Shown: positions 8,648 to 17,771 of the stretch, one piece after another
Position numbering within the stretch: position 1 is the first letter of the stretch
How the letters are laid out: every line of letters begins with the position of its first letter
Source: Candidatus Iainarchaeum sp.
GTDB lineage: Archaea > Iainarchaeota > Iainarchaeia > Iainarchaeales > CSSED10-239
DNA: 32,000 nt
Reading direction: 5' to 3'
Assembly (NCBI GenBank): GCA_028700115.1
Contig: JAQVTI010000001.1
Span: 30,001 to 62,000, forward strand
Translations under genes and position numbers: made by a program
The notes under the pieces: model-generated
Databases searched by the model: none
Told to the model about the DNA's origin: nothing
The model's input: only the letters and a program-made list of their open reading frames with translations

Positions 8648-8773
8648 ATGACAACAGTTAAAGGTAGAAAGCAAGAAAAAAAAATAGGAAAATATCTAAA
8701 TAGAACAAAAAATAAAGCTGCAAAAAGACTAGAAGAAAAAAATGAAAAAAGAAAAATTGCAAAAACAAAATAA
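8648..8773 (+). CDS. unannotated 41-codon Lys/Arg-rich ORF (MTTVKGRKQEKKIGKYLNRTKNKAAKRLEEKNEKRKIAKTK)
   Basis: Read by hand in the uvrB-uvrC spacer on the opposite strand. GGTG lies 5 nt upstream of the ATG. The TAA stop is 4 nt from the uvrC stop. It could also be a chance ORF in A-rich DNA. Confidence 0.3.
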   Translation: MTTVKGRKQEKKIGKYLNRTKNKAAKRLEEKNEKRKIAKTK

Positions 8774-8777
8774 ATAT

Positions 8778-10340
8778 TTATTTAAATATATTTTTTCTAA
8801 GAAGCTTTTGATAGGTTATTGAAAACCTATGAGCTTCATCTCTTATTTCTTGAATTAATTGTAAAGATTTATCTTTTCTAGAAAGCTTAATTCCTATTAA
8901 ATTATTAGGTTTAAATATAATCTCTTCTTTTTTTGCAATTGAAATTAAATCTATATTTTTTATATTTAAATTATCTAAAGCTTTTTTAGCAGAAGAAAGT
9001 TGACCTTTACCCCCATCTATTATAAATAAATCTGGAAAATTTTTTTGTTCTTCTAAAAGTTTTTTAAACTTCCTATAAGTAACTTCATAAATTGATGCAA
9101 AATCATTATTATCTTTAACAGTTTTTAATTTATATTTTCTATACCCTTTTTTATAAGGTTTTGCATTTTTATAACATGAAATCCCAGAAACTATATTTGT
9201 CCCAGATAAATGTGAAATATCGATACATTCTATGTGATAAGGAATATTTTTTAGGTTTAATGTTTTTTTTAAATCTTTAAGAATAAAATCTGTATTTATA
9301 ATATTTTCAAGAATATTTTCATAAACTAAATCAAGTAATTTTTTTTTATCTCCTTTTTTTGGAACTATAATTTTAATTTTTTTAGAATAAATCTTTTCTA
9401 GTTTAAAAATAATTTCATTAAAAATATTTTCTGGAAGAATTATTTCTTTAGGTAATGGATTTTCTAAATAAAAATTAAAAATAAAATTACTAAAATTAAC
9501 AAATCTATCTAAATTTAAAATAAATTCTTTTTTATTAATTAAATTTCCTTCAAAAACATTAAATAAATAAATATAAACTTTATCTTTATCTATATAATAA
9601 TTAAAAATATCTTCATTTAATTTTTTATTTCTTTCAATAATTTGTTTATTTTCTAAATATTTTATAGATTCGATCTTATTTTTTAAAACAAGAGCACTTT
9701 CAAAATTATTAATTTTAGAAAAATAAAACATTTGATTATTTAAATCTTTTAACAAAGAAGATGTATTACCTAAAAAAATTTGTTTAACTTCTTTAATTCT
9801 TTTATTATATTCAGAAATATTTTCTTTTCCAAAACAAACTCCATTACAAAGACCCATATAAAATCTAAAACAAGGATTTTTAGAAAGTTTATTACAAGTT
9901 CTAAGTTTAAAAATATTATTTAAAGTTTTAATAATATAATCTCTAGAATTTGCAGACACAAAAGGTCCAAAATAAGTACCTTTTTTAGATTTATCTCTTG
10001 AAACTAAAAGTCTTGGTATTTTTTCATCAGTTAAAAGTATATAAGCATATTTTTTATTATCTTTTAATTCAATATTAAATTTTGGTTTATATTTATTAAT
10101 TAAATTATTTTCTAAAATTAAAGACTCAATCTCAGTTTTAGTAACAATATAATCTAAAAAATAAATATTTTCAACCAAAAGAGAAGTCTTAATATTTTTT
10201 TTAGACTTTGAAAAATAAGATGATATTCTTTTTTTTAAATTTTTAGCTTTTCCAATATATATAATTTTATTATCTTTATTTTTAAAAATATAACAACCTG
10301 GTTTTTGGGAAATATTTTTTAAATCAATATCATTATTCAT
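8778..10340 (-). CDS. uvrC: excinuclease ABC subunit C (UvrC), short form without C-terminal (HhH)2 domain
   Basis: GIY-YIG nuclease N-terminus (GCYIFKNKDNKIIYIGKAKNLKKRISSYF). Central UVR-like helix pair (MFYFSKINNFESALVLKNKIESIKYL). RNase H-like endonuclease half (IECIDISH, IIDGGKGQL, RDEAHRFSI). The protein stops 16 residues after the conserved AHRF. Confidence 0.9.
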   Translation of the reverse strand: MNNDIDLKNISQKPGCYIFKNKDNKIIYIGKAKNLKKRISSYFSKSKKNIKTSLLVENIYFLDYIVTKTEIESLILENNLINKYKPKFNIELKDNKKYAYILLTDEKIPRLLVSRDKSKKGTYFGPFVSANSRDYIIKTLNNIFKLRTCNKLSKNPCFRFYMGLCNGVCFGKENISEYNKRIKEVKQIFLGNTSSLLKDLNNQMFYFSKINNFESALVLKNKIESIKYLENKQIIERNKKLNEDIFNYYIDKDKVYIYLFNVFEGNLINKKEFILNLDRFVNFSNFIFNFYLENPLPKEIILPENIFNEIIFKLEKIYSKKIKIIVPKKGDKKKLLDLVYENILENIINTDFILKDLKKTLNLKNIPYHIECIDISHLSGTNIVSGISCYKNAKPYKKGYRKYKLKTVKDNNDFASIYEVTYRKFKKLLEEQKNFPDLFIIDGGKGQLSSAKKALDNLNIKNIDLISIAKKEEIIFKPNNLIGIKLSRKDKSLQLIQEIRDEAHRFSITYQKLLRKNIFK

Positions 10341-10358
10341 AAAAAATCAATAATTTTT

Positions 10359-13169
10359 TTAAACAAAATATTTTTTCAAAAAAGAACCTGTATAACTTTT
10401 TTTAATTTTAGATATTTCTCTTGGTGAACCTTGAGCAATAATTCCCCCACCAAAAGCACCTCCATCAGGACCTAAATCAATTACCCAATCAGAAGATTTT
10501 ATAACATCTAAATTATGTTCAATAACAACAACAGTATTTTTTTTATCAACTAATTTATTTAAAACTTCAATTAATTTTTTCACATCATGAAAATGAAGCC
10601 CAGTTGTAGGTTCATCTAAAATATATAATGTTTTCCCAGTTGAAATTTTAGAAAGCTCTCTTGTAATTTTAATTCTTTGGGCTTCTCCTCCTGAAAGAGT
10701 TGTTGAACTTTGGCCTAATTTAATATAAGATAAACCAACATCTATTAAAGTTTTTAACTTTTTTTTAATTTTAGGAATATTCTCAAAAAAATCATAAGCT
10801 TCTAAAACACTCATATTTAATACATCTGAAATATTTTTATTTTTATATTTAATTTCCAAAGTATCTTTATTATATCTTTTACCTTTACACTCTTGACAAG
10901 TTACATAAACATCAGGTAAAAAATTCATTTCAATTTTTACAAGACCATCACCTTGACAAGCTTCACATCTCCCACCTTTTACATTAAATGAAAATCTACC
11001 AGATTTATAACCCCTTATTTTAGACTCTTCTGTTCTAGAAAAAACATCTCTAATTTCATCAAAAACTTTTGTATAAGTTGCAGGATTTGATCTTGGAGTT
11101 TTTCCAATAGGAGATTGATCTATTGAAATAACTTTATCAATATAATTATTTATAATAATTTCTTCACATTTTCCAACATTTAATCTTGATTTATAAAACT
11201 TATTCATTAAATATCTATATAAAATTTGATTAATTAAAGTAGATTTACCAGACCCAGAAACACCTGTAATAGAAGTTAAAACACCAACAGGTATTTTTAC
11301 ATTTATATTTTTTAAATTATTTTCACTTGCTTTTCTTATTTCAATAAAATTTTCTGGAATTCGAATATTTTTAGGAATAGATATAAATTCAATACCTTTT
11401 AAATATTTACCTGTTAAAGAATTTTTACAATTTTCAATATCTTTAACACTACCTTTTGCAATTATTTCCCCTCCATTTATTCCAGCTCCAGGACCAATAT
11501 CAATTATAAAATCTGCTTTTCTAATAGTATCTTCATCATGTTCCACTACAATCAATGTATTTCCTAAATTTTTTAAATTTATTAAAGTATCAATTAATTT
11601 TTGATTATCTTTTTGATGAAGACCAATTGAAGGTTCGTCTAAAACATATAAAACTCCAGTTAAATTTGTACCTAAATTTGTGGCAAGTCTAATTCTTTGG
11701 GCTTCCCCTCCAGAAAGAGTTCCTGCTGTCCTTGAAAGAGTAAGATATGATAATCCAACTTTTTCTAAAAAATCTAATCTAGAAATAATTTCTTTAAGAA
11801 TATGAACAGCAATTTCTTTTTTAGAATCATCTAAAGTTAAATGCTTAAAAAAATTAAGACACTCTATTATAGAATAATTTGTAATATCTATAATATTTTT
11901 ATTTGCAATTTTAACAGATAAAGCAATATTATTTAATCTATTTCCTTTACAAGTATTACATGGAGATATTTTCATAAATTTTTCCATATCTCTTTTTCTA
12001 TAATCTGATTCAGTTTGGGTATAAAGTCTTGTTATTTGAGGTAAAAGACCTTCCCAAATACCTGTATGCTTATATTCTGTATTTCCATTATTCATTTTTA
12101 TATTATAATTTATTTTTTCATTACTACCATACATTAAAATATTATATTGCTCTTCTGTAAGATCTTTAATAGGAGTAAAAGCATCAAAACCATAATGCTT
12201 AGAAATAGAAGCAATATGCGCTCCCCTCCAACCATCAACTAAATTTTTATAAACTTTTATTGCTCCATCTGCAATTGATAAATTTTTATCAGGAATAATT
12301 AAATCAGGATCAAAATCCATTTTAAATCCAAGACCAGAACAATCTTTACAAGCACCAAAAGGAGAATTAAAAGAAAACATCCTTGGTTGAAGATCAGGAA
12401 TAGAAAATCCACAAATTGGACAAGAATGCTTTGAAGAATATATTTTTTCAAAACCGTTATTATCAACAATTTTCACAAATCCTTTTGATTTTTCCAAAGC
12501 AAGAAAAATAAGTTCATAAATATTAATATTATTTTTCAAATTAATTTTATCAATTACAATATCTATATCATGCATTTTATATCTATCAAGTTTAATAGGT
12601 TCATCAGTTCTATAAATAATATTATTTACTCTAATTTTAGAAAATCCATCTTTATTTATATCTTGAAATAATTTTTCATAAGTGCCTTTTTTTTTAGAAA
12701 TTATAGGTGAAAGAATTATAATTTCTTTATCTTTAAAATCATTTAAAATATTTTCTGAAATCTTATCAGGAGAATATGATTTTATCTCAATATTATGATC
12801 TGGACAATAAGCAGTACCTATTCTTGCAAACAAAAGTCTTAAATAATCATAAATTTCTGTAACAGTTCCAACAGTTGAACGAGGATTATTAGAAGTTGTT
12901 TTTTGTTCAATTGAGATTGCAGGAGAAAGACCTTCTATAGAATCAACATCTGGTTTATCCATAATCCCCAAAAATTGCCTAGCATAACTAGATAAAGATT
13001 CAACATATCTTCTTTGTCCTTCTGCATAAATAGTATCAAAAGCAAGAGTAGATTTCCCAGAACCTGAAAGACCTGTTATTACTACTAATTTATCTTTTGG
13101 GATATTTATATTTATATTTTTTAGATTATGCTCTCTAGCACCTTTTATAATTATTTCTTTATAACTCAT
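10359..13169 (-). CDS. uvrA: excinuclease ABC subunit A (UvrA)
   Basis: Two ABC ATPase modules (GLSGSGKST and GVSGSGKST; LSGGEAQR twice; YVLDEPS and YILDEPT). Zinc modules CPICG...CKDCSGLG and CEACQGDG...CQECKGKRY. Confidence 0.95.
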   Translation of the reverse strand: MSYKEIIIKGAREHNLKNININIPKDKLVVITGLSGSGKSTLAFDTIYAEGQRRYVESLSSYARQFLGIMDKPDVDSIEGLSPAISIEQKTTSNNPRSTVGTVTEIYDYLRLLFARIGTAYCPDHNIEIKSYSPDKISENILNDFKDKEIIILSPIISKKKGTYEKLFQDINKDGFSKIRVNNIIYRTDEPIKLDRYKMHDIDIVIDKINLKNNINIYELIFLALEKSKGFVKIVDNNGFEKIYSSKHSCPICGFSIPDLQPRMFSFNSPFGACKDCSGLGFKMDFDPDLIIPDKNLSIADGAIKVYKNLVDGWRGAHIASISKHYGFDAFTPIKDLTEEQYNILMYGSNEKINYNIKMNNGNTEYKHTGIWEGLLPQITRLYTQTESDYRKRDMEKFMKISPCNTCKGNRLNNIALSVKIANKNIIDITNYSIIECLNFFKHLTLDDSKKEIAVHILKEIISRLDFLEKVGLSYLTLSRTAGTLSGGEAQRIRLATNLGTNLTGVLYVLDEPSIGLHQKDNQKLIDTLINLKNLGNTLIVVEHDEDTIRKADFIIDIGPGAGINGGEIIAKGSVKDIENCKNSLTGKYLKGIEFISIPKNIRIPENFIEIRKASENNLKNINVKIPVGVLTSITGVSGSGKSTLINQILYRYLMNKFYKSRLNVGKCEEIIINNYIDKVISIDQSPIGKTPRSNPATYTKVFDEIRDVFSRTEESKIRGYKSGRFSFNVKGGRCEACQGDGLVKIEMNFLPDVYVTCQECKGKRYNKDTLEIKYKNKNISDVLNMSVLEAYDFFENIPKIKKKLKTLIDVGLSYIKLGQSSTTLSGGEAQRIKITRELSKISTGKTLYILDEPTTGLHFHDVKKLIEVLNKLVDKKNTVVVIEHNLDVIKSSDWVIDLGPDGGAFGGGIIAQGSPREISKIKKSYTGSFLKKYFV

Positions 13170-13325
13170 AAAATCACATAAAAATGAATAAATATCTAAA
13201 ATAATATAGATTTATAAAAATATTAATTATTTGTAAGAGGTCGTGACCAAATAATAAAATAAGTATATATATTATATATGAAAATATTTAAAAATGAATC
13301 TAAAATCATTTGTATAATTATAAAA

Positions 13326-13706
13326 CTATTCTTTTTCAAATTCAAGCTCTAAAATATTATTTTTATAACTTGCATTTAAAGAATCTTTTTTAAGATTATA
13401 ATTAAAATAAAATTCTTTAAAATAATAATCATCAAAACTTCTTATAACTAAAATATTACTATTTTCATCAATATAAAACTTTAATTGATTAATAGTATAT
13501 GGCATATATAAAGTTAAAAACATTTTATTTTTATCATAAATTATATTTTCTATCTCTTCATGGAAATCATCTTCATCTTGATCAGAAAATTGTATATTTA
13601 GACTTATTGGTTTATTTAAATTTTTAGAATTATTAACTAAATCAGATAAAGCTTTTTTAATTGCTAAATCTAAATCTTCTAAAGAAAAACTATTTGTCTT
13701 TTTCAT
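13326..13706 (-). CDS. divergent small heat-shock protein (Hsp20/alpha-crystallin-like), tentative
   Basis: The C-terminal ~75 aa follow the ACD pattern: MFLTLYMPY...LKFYIDENSNILVIRS...FKEFYFNYNLKKDSLNASYKNNILELEFEK (compare x-A-x-y-x-N-G-v-L-x-i-x-l-p-K). The start overlaps the rnhB 3' end by 17 nt. Confidence 0.4.
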   Translation of the reverse strand: MKKTNSFSLEDLDLAIKKALSDLVNNSKNLNKPISLNIQFSDQDEDDFHEEIENIIYDKNKMFLTLYMPYTINQLKFYIDENSNILVIRSFDDYYFKEFYFNYNLKKDSLNASYKNNILELEFEKE

Positions 13707-14382
13707 TAAACCACCCTATTTTCTTTTGATAAAGATCTTTAAATATATTATCTATTGTCTTCCATTTTGTTCTTGCAAAATCAGGAAGTTTTTTGTTTTC
13801 TAAAATATAATTTTTAATATATTCTATTGTTTTTGGATCAGAAGAATAACCAGATAAATTTGAACCAATTAATTTATTTAAAAGAAAATCTCTTGTAACC
13901 TTTGCAATAATAGAAGCACATCCTGCACAAATATAATTTAGATCAGCTTTATGCTCAGAGATAATTTTATTTTCATCAAAATCAAATTTAATTTTTTTTA
14001 AATTACTAATTATTCTTAATTTATACATATTTTCAGAAATATCAGGCGAATCTAAAATTACTTTAGAAGTTTGTTTTTTAAGAGATGAAATCATTTCTGC
14101 AGTTTTTATTGCTTCAATTTCATTTAAAGAATAATTATTCATTAAAATATTTAATTCTGCAGCAGGAATAACACTAATTTTATATTCAACAGCTTCTTTT
14201 TTAATAATTTCAAAAAGATTTTCTCTCTTTTTTTTTGGAATTAATTTTGAATCAGTTACCCCTTTTTGCCTAAAAAAATCTTCTTTAGATTCTTCAATAG
14301 AACAAATTGATAAAACCATCGGACCAAGAACACATCCTCTTCCTGCTTCATCAACTCCTGAAATTACTACCATATTAATCAT
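13690..14382 (-). CDS. rnhB: ribonuclease HII
   Basis: GVDEAGRGCVLGPMV catalytic N-terminus, DSK, ILDSPD, and AGCASIIAKVTRD (ASIiAKv.RD) motifs. Confidence 0.9.
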   Translation of the reverse strand: MINMVVISGVDEAGRGCVLGPMVLSICSIEESKEDFFRQKGVTDSKLIPKKKRENLFEIIKKEAVEYKISVIPAAELNILMNNYSLNEIEAIKTAEMISSLKKQTSKVILDSPDISENMYKLRIISNLKKIKFDFDENKIISEHKADLNYICAGCASIIAKVTRDFLLNKLIGSNLSGYSSDPKTIEYIKNYILENKKLPDFARTKWKTIDNIFKDLYQKKIGWFNEKDK

Positions 14383-14417
14383 TAATTTATATTTTTAATT
14401 AAAATTTAGAAAAAAAA

Positions 14418-15005
14418 CTATAAAAAATCATTAAATTTATCTAATTTTTTAAAAGACAATTTATTTTCTTTAAATTCTTTTTTTTCAGTTATATTATTTT
14501 CAATTACAACTGGTTCTTCTATATTTTCTTTAATAATAGAAGTTTTTTTATTTATAAAATCTTCTTCCTTAGGCATTTCAATATTGTCTTCTGGAAAATC
14601 TGAAAATAAAGGAGGATCTATTTTTTCATTTTTTATATCAAAAAATTCCAATTTTTTTAAAACTTTTTTTTGAAAATCTTTATCAATTTCTTGAAAGTTT
14701 TTATTTTCTTTATATATTTTATTTTTTTGTTTTAAAGAAAAATTATCAAGATTATCTTTATTAAAATTTTTAATAGTTAAATCAGCTTTTGGGATATTCA
14801 AACCAAAATCTTTTACTTTTGTAGAAGATTTAACAATTAATACTAAAATTATATAAATTATAAAAAATATAATTATAAATTCAATTAACAAACTAATATA
14901 GTTTATATTAATATTAAAAAAATTAAAATTGTAATTAAAAGAAAAAAAAGCATAAATTAAACTTAAAAAAAATGAAACACTTAAAGAAAATATATACTTA
15001 TTCAT
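14418..15005 (-). CDS. membrane protein with two N-terminal TM helices and a Lys/Glu/Asn-rich tail
   Basis: FSLSVSFFLSLIYAFF and LLIEFIIIFFIIYIILVLIV are followed by about 130 aa of charged low-complexity sequence. No domain recognised. Confidence 0.4.
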   Translation of the reverse strand: MNKYIFSLSVSFFLSLIYAFFSFNYNFNFFNININYISLLIEFIIIFFIIYIILVLIVKSSTKVKDFGLNIPKADLTIKNFNKDNLDNFSLKQKNKIYKENKNFQEIDKDFQKKVLKKLEFFDIKNEKIDPPLFSDFPEDNIEMPKEEDFINKKTSIIKENIEEPVVIENNITEKKEFKENKLSFKKLDKFNDFL

Positions 15006-15121
15006 AAAAATACCTTTTTTAAATACTTAATATATAATATATAATATATAGAAATGATTTAAAAACTTCTTAATTATATAAAAAAACAAAAAAAATTAAA
15101 ATATCAAAAAAATTAAAAAAA

Positions 15122-15910
15122 ATGAAAAATATGGATAAAATAAAGATATTAAATCAAACAAAAAAAGATGTGAAAAATATATTAGAAAACACAGATCAAC
15201 AAATCATTAATTTATCTTTAATTTTAACAAAAATTCCAGAAAATATAAATGAACAATATAATAATTTAAGAATATTATCTGATTTACTATTTCCTACATT
15301 AGAAAAAGAATTAACTATTAAAGAATATTGCTTATTTATTAAAGAATATATAATTGATGAAAAAATAAACTATAAAAAACTTCAAGAAAATGGGATTTCT
15401 AAAGAAAAAATTAATATTATAACAAAAATTAATTCATATAATACAAATATTGAATATAAACTAGAAACTAAAAAAATAATACAAAAATTATCCAAAAATA
15501 TATTAAAACTAATAGAAATAAAAGAAAAAATTGAAAAAGAAATAGATATATTATTTGAAGAAAATTATAAAAATACAAAAGAAATTGCAACAATATCAAT
15601 TGCATGTAAAATGTTAGAAATTTCTGGATCTTTTAAAAGATTATCTAGATTCCCAGCATCAACTATACAACTTTTAGGTTCAGAAAAATCTTTTTTTAAA
15701 GCATTAAAAACAAATAGAAAAACCCCAAAATATGGAATACTTTATAATCATCCATTAATAATTAAACAAAAAGAAAAAAATAAAGGAAAAGTTGCAAGAA
15801 GTCTTGCAGCTAAAATATCAATTTGTTTAAAAGCAGATATTGATAAAGTAGAAATTTATAAAGACATAATTGAAAAACTAAATATTAAAATAAAACAACT
15901 AGAGAGATAA
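15122..15910 (+). CDS. nop5: C/D box sRNP core protein Nop5 (Nop56/58 homologue), short form
   Basis: Nop-domain core: SGSFKRLSRFPASTIQLLGSEKSFFKALKTNRKTPKYGILYNHPLI...KGKVARSLAAKISICLKAD. The fibrillarin gene follows directly, 2 nt away. Confidence 0.85.
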   Translation: MKNMDKIKILNQTKKDVKNILENTDQQIINLSLILTKIPENINEQYNNLRILSDLLFPTLEKELTIKEYCLFIKEYIIDEKINYKKLQENGISKEKINIITKINSYNTNIEYKLETKKIIQKLSKNILKLIEIKEKIEKEIDILFEENYKNTKEIATISIACKMLEISGSFKRLSRFPASTIQLLGSEKSFFKALKTNRKTPKYGILYNHPLIIKQKEKNKGKVARSLAAKISICLKADIDKVEIYKDIIEKLNIKIKQLER

Positions 15911-15912
15911 TT

Positions 15913-16506
15913 ATGAAAAATTTAATTATAAAAGATAAAATATATACATTAGATCTAAATACAAAAGAAAAAAGAGAATGGTCTCCTTTTCATTCAAAAG
16001 TATGTGCTGGAATTAAAAAAGGAATAATCCCAGATATTAAAGAAGATTATAAAATATTATACCTTGGAGCAGCAGAAGGATATACAATTTCATATATATC
16101 TGATTTAATATCTATTGGTGAAGTTGTTGGAATAGATATTTCAGCATATAGTATGCAAAAATTAATCTTGCTTTCAGAAAAAAGAAAAAACTTAATTCCT
16201 ATTCTAGGAGATTGTAACTTACCAGAAAATTATAAAGAAACTATAGAAAACGAGAAATTTGATTTAATAATTCAAGATATCGCTCAAAAAAACCAAATAG
16301 AAATACTTAAAAAAAATGCAGACTTATTTCTTAAAAAAAATGGAAAAGTTTTATTAAGTCTTAAACTTTCTGCAATTTCTCAAAAACATAAATCTATAAT
16401 TAATGAACAATTAAATGAATTTGAAAAAAATTTTAAAATTATAAAAAAAACAAAACTAGACCCTTTTGAAAAAAAACATATTTTAATATATGGAGAAAAT
16501 AAATAA
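15913..16506 (+). CDS. flpA: fibrillarin-like rRNA/tRNA 2'-O-methyltransferase
   Basis: REWSPFHSKVCAGIKKG, ILYLGAAEGYTISYISDL (variant of LYLGAASGTTvSHvsD), NLIPILGDCNLPENY, IIQDIAQKNQ, DPFEKKHILIYG. Confidence 0.85.
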   Translation: MKNLIIKDKIYTLDLNTKEKREWSPFHSKVCAGIKKGIIPDIKEDYKILYLGAAEGYTISYISDLISIGEVVGIDISAYSMQKLILLSEKRKNLIPILGDCNLPENYKETIENEKFDLIIQDIAQKNQIEILKKNADLFLKKNGKVLLSLKLSAISQKHKSIINEQLNEFEKNFKIIKKTKLDPFEKKHILIYGENK

Positions 16507-16508
16507 AT

Positions 16509-16700
16509 TTATTTTTTTCTTAAACTTATAAAATAATCAATAGATCTATCATATGTCTTTTCTGCATCTTTTGGAAAATAACATGCAGGAAGTTCATCTC
16601 TTTCTCTATGAAATTTAATACATTCACAACAAATACCTTTTGTAGGACAATTATATGTACAATTACAAAATTTTTTATTTTCTTCTTTTCTACATTCCAT
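16509..16700 (-). CDS. small Cys-rich protein (63 aa), DUF6485-like by recollection
   Basis: C-x-C-x3-C-x5-CC-x-C-x2-H...C pattern ([32 protein letters not shown]) then YDRS. The family name comes from memory of similar Clostridia/methanogen proteins and has not been searched. Confidence 0.45.
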   Translation of the reverse strand: MECRKEENKKFCNCTYNCPTKGICCECIKFHRERDELPACYFPKDAEKTYDRSIDYFISLRKK

Positions 16701-16721
16701 AAAAACACCTAAAATATTATT

Positions 16722-17690
16722 CTACACAATTCCAAAAATATGACCTAAAAAATAAATATAAAATATCAAAAGAGCAAAACCTTCTATATATGTTAATTTA
16801 TTATCTTGAATTACAAAGAAATAAATTAAAGTAGAAACAATTAACATAGGAATTCCAAAAGTTAAAAGTGAACTTGGAACAACTATTTTTCCAAAAAGAG
16901 AAGTTATTCCAATAACTCCTACTAGATTAAATATATTTGAACCTAAAACATTACCAATTGCAATTTCTGGTTTGTTTTTTCTTATAGCTTGTAAAGTAAC
17001 AACTAGTTCAGGAAGTGAAGTTCCTAAAGCAACTGCACTTATTGCAATTATATCAGTTGCAATTTTTAAAATTGAAGATATATTTAAAATTGAATCAACT
17101 ACATATTTGGCACCAAAATAAATTCCAGCACAACTTAAAATTAAAATAAATAAAGTTTTTAAAATATTTAATTTCTTTTTAGAATTTTCAATATCACTAA
17201 ATTCTTTTCTAAGTTCTTTATCTTTTGATGTTCTTGAAGAACTAATAATATTATAAATATAAAAAACTAATAAAACAAGACAAATTATAGTTTCTAGAAC
17301 AGTAAAAGTCTGATTAAAAAGCATTATACCTACAATAAAAGAAGTTGCAACTAAAAAAGGTAAATCTGAACTTAAAATATTATAATTTATCTTAATTGTT
17401 TTTCTATAAACTACAGCAGTAAGTCCCAAAACAAAAAATATATTTGTAATATTTGAACCAATTACAGTTCCTACACCAATTTCTGAAGCACCTTTTAAAA
17501 CAGAAAAAATAGATGATATAAGTTCTGGTAGAGATGTACCTATACTTACAATAATTATACCTATAACAAAAGCAGGAAGCCCAAAATAAACTCCAATTTT
17601 TTCAGCTGAATCAATAAAATAGTCAGATGATTTAATTAATAAAAATAATGATGCTAAAAAAACTATAATCCAAACTGCTAAACTAAACAT
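16722..17690 (-). CDS. Ca2+/cation antiporter, CaCA (YrbG/NCKX-like) family
   Basis: Two alpha-repeat signatures (GTSLPELISSI...GSNITNIFFVLG and GTSLPELVVTL...GSNIFNLVGVIG). About 10 hydrophobic helices separated by a charged central loop. Confidence 0.85.
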   Translation of the reverse strand: MFSLAVWIIVFLASLFLLIKSSDYFIDSAEKIGVYFGLPAFVIGIIIVSIGTSLPELISSIFSVLKGASEIGVGTVIGSNITNIFFVLGLTAVVYRKTIKINYNILSSDLPFLVATSFIVGIMLFNQTFTVLETIICLVLLVFYIYNIISSSRTSKDKELRKEFSDIENSKKKLNILKTLFILILSCAGIYFGAKYVVDSILNISSILKIATDIIAISAVALGTSLPELVVTLQAIRKNKPEIAIGNVLGSNIFNLVGVIGITSLFGKIVVPSSLLTFGIPMLIVSTLIYFFVIQDNKLTYIEGFALLIFYIYFLGHIFGIV

Positions 17691-17771
17691 ATATTTCTCA
17701 CTATATATTATTTAAATAATAAGTTTATATAGGTTATTGATTTAAAAGAAAAAAAAGAAAAAAAGAAGAAA

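Noticed and set aside
13237-13248. GC-rich island GAGGTCGTGACC in the uvrA-upstream spacer
   Set aside because: Only 12 nt, and GGTC/GACC would leave a 2-nt loop. There is no flanking structure or box motifs, so it is too short to call.
16526-16708. ORF 16526..16708(-), an alternative frame of the Cys-rich 63-aa ORF
   Set aside because: The 16509..16700 frame gives an ordered Cys/His pattern typical of a metal-binding protein. The alternative frame has no features.
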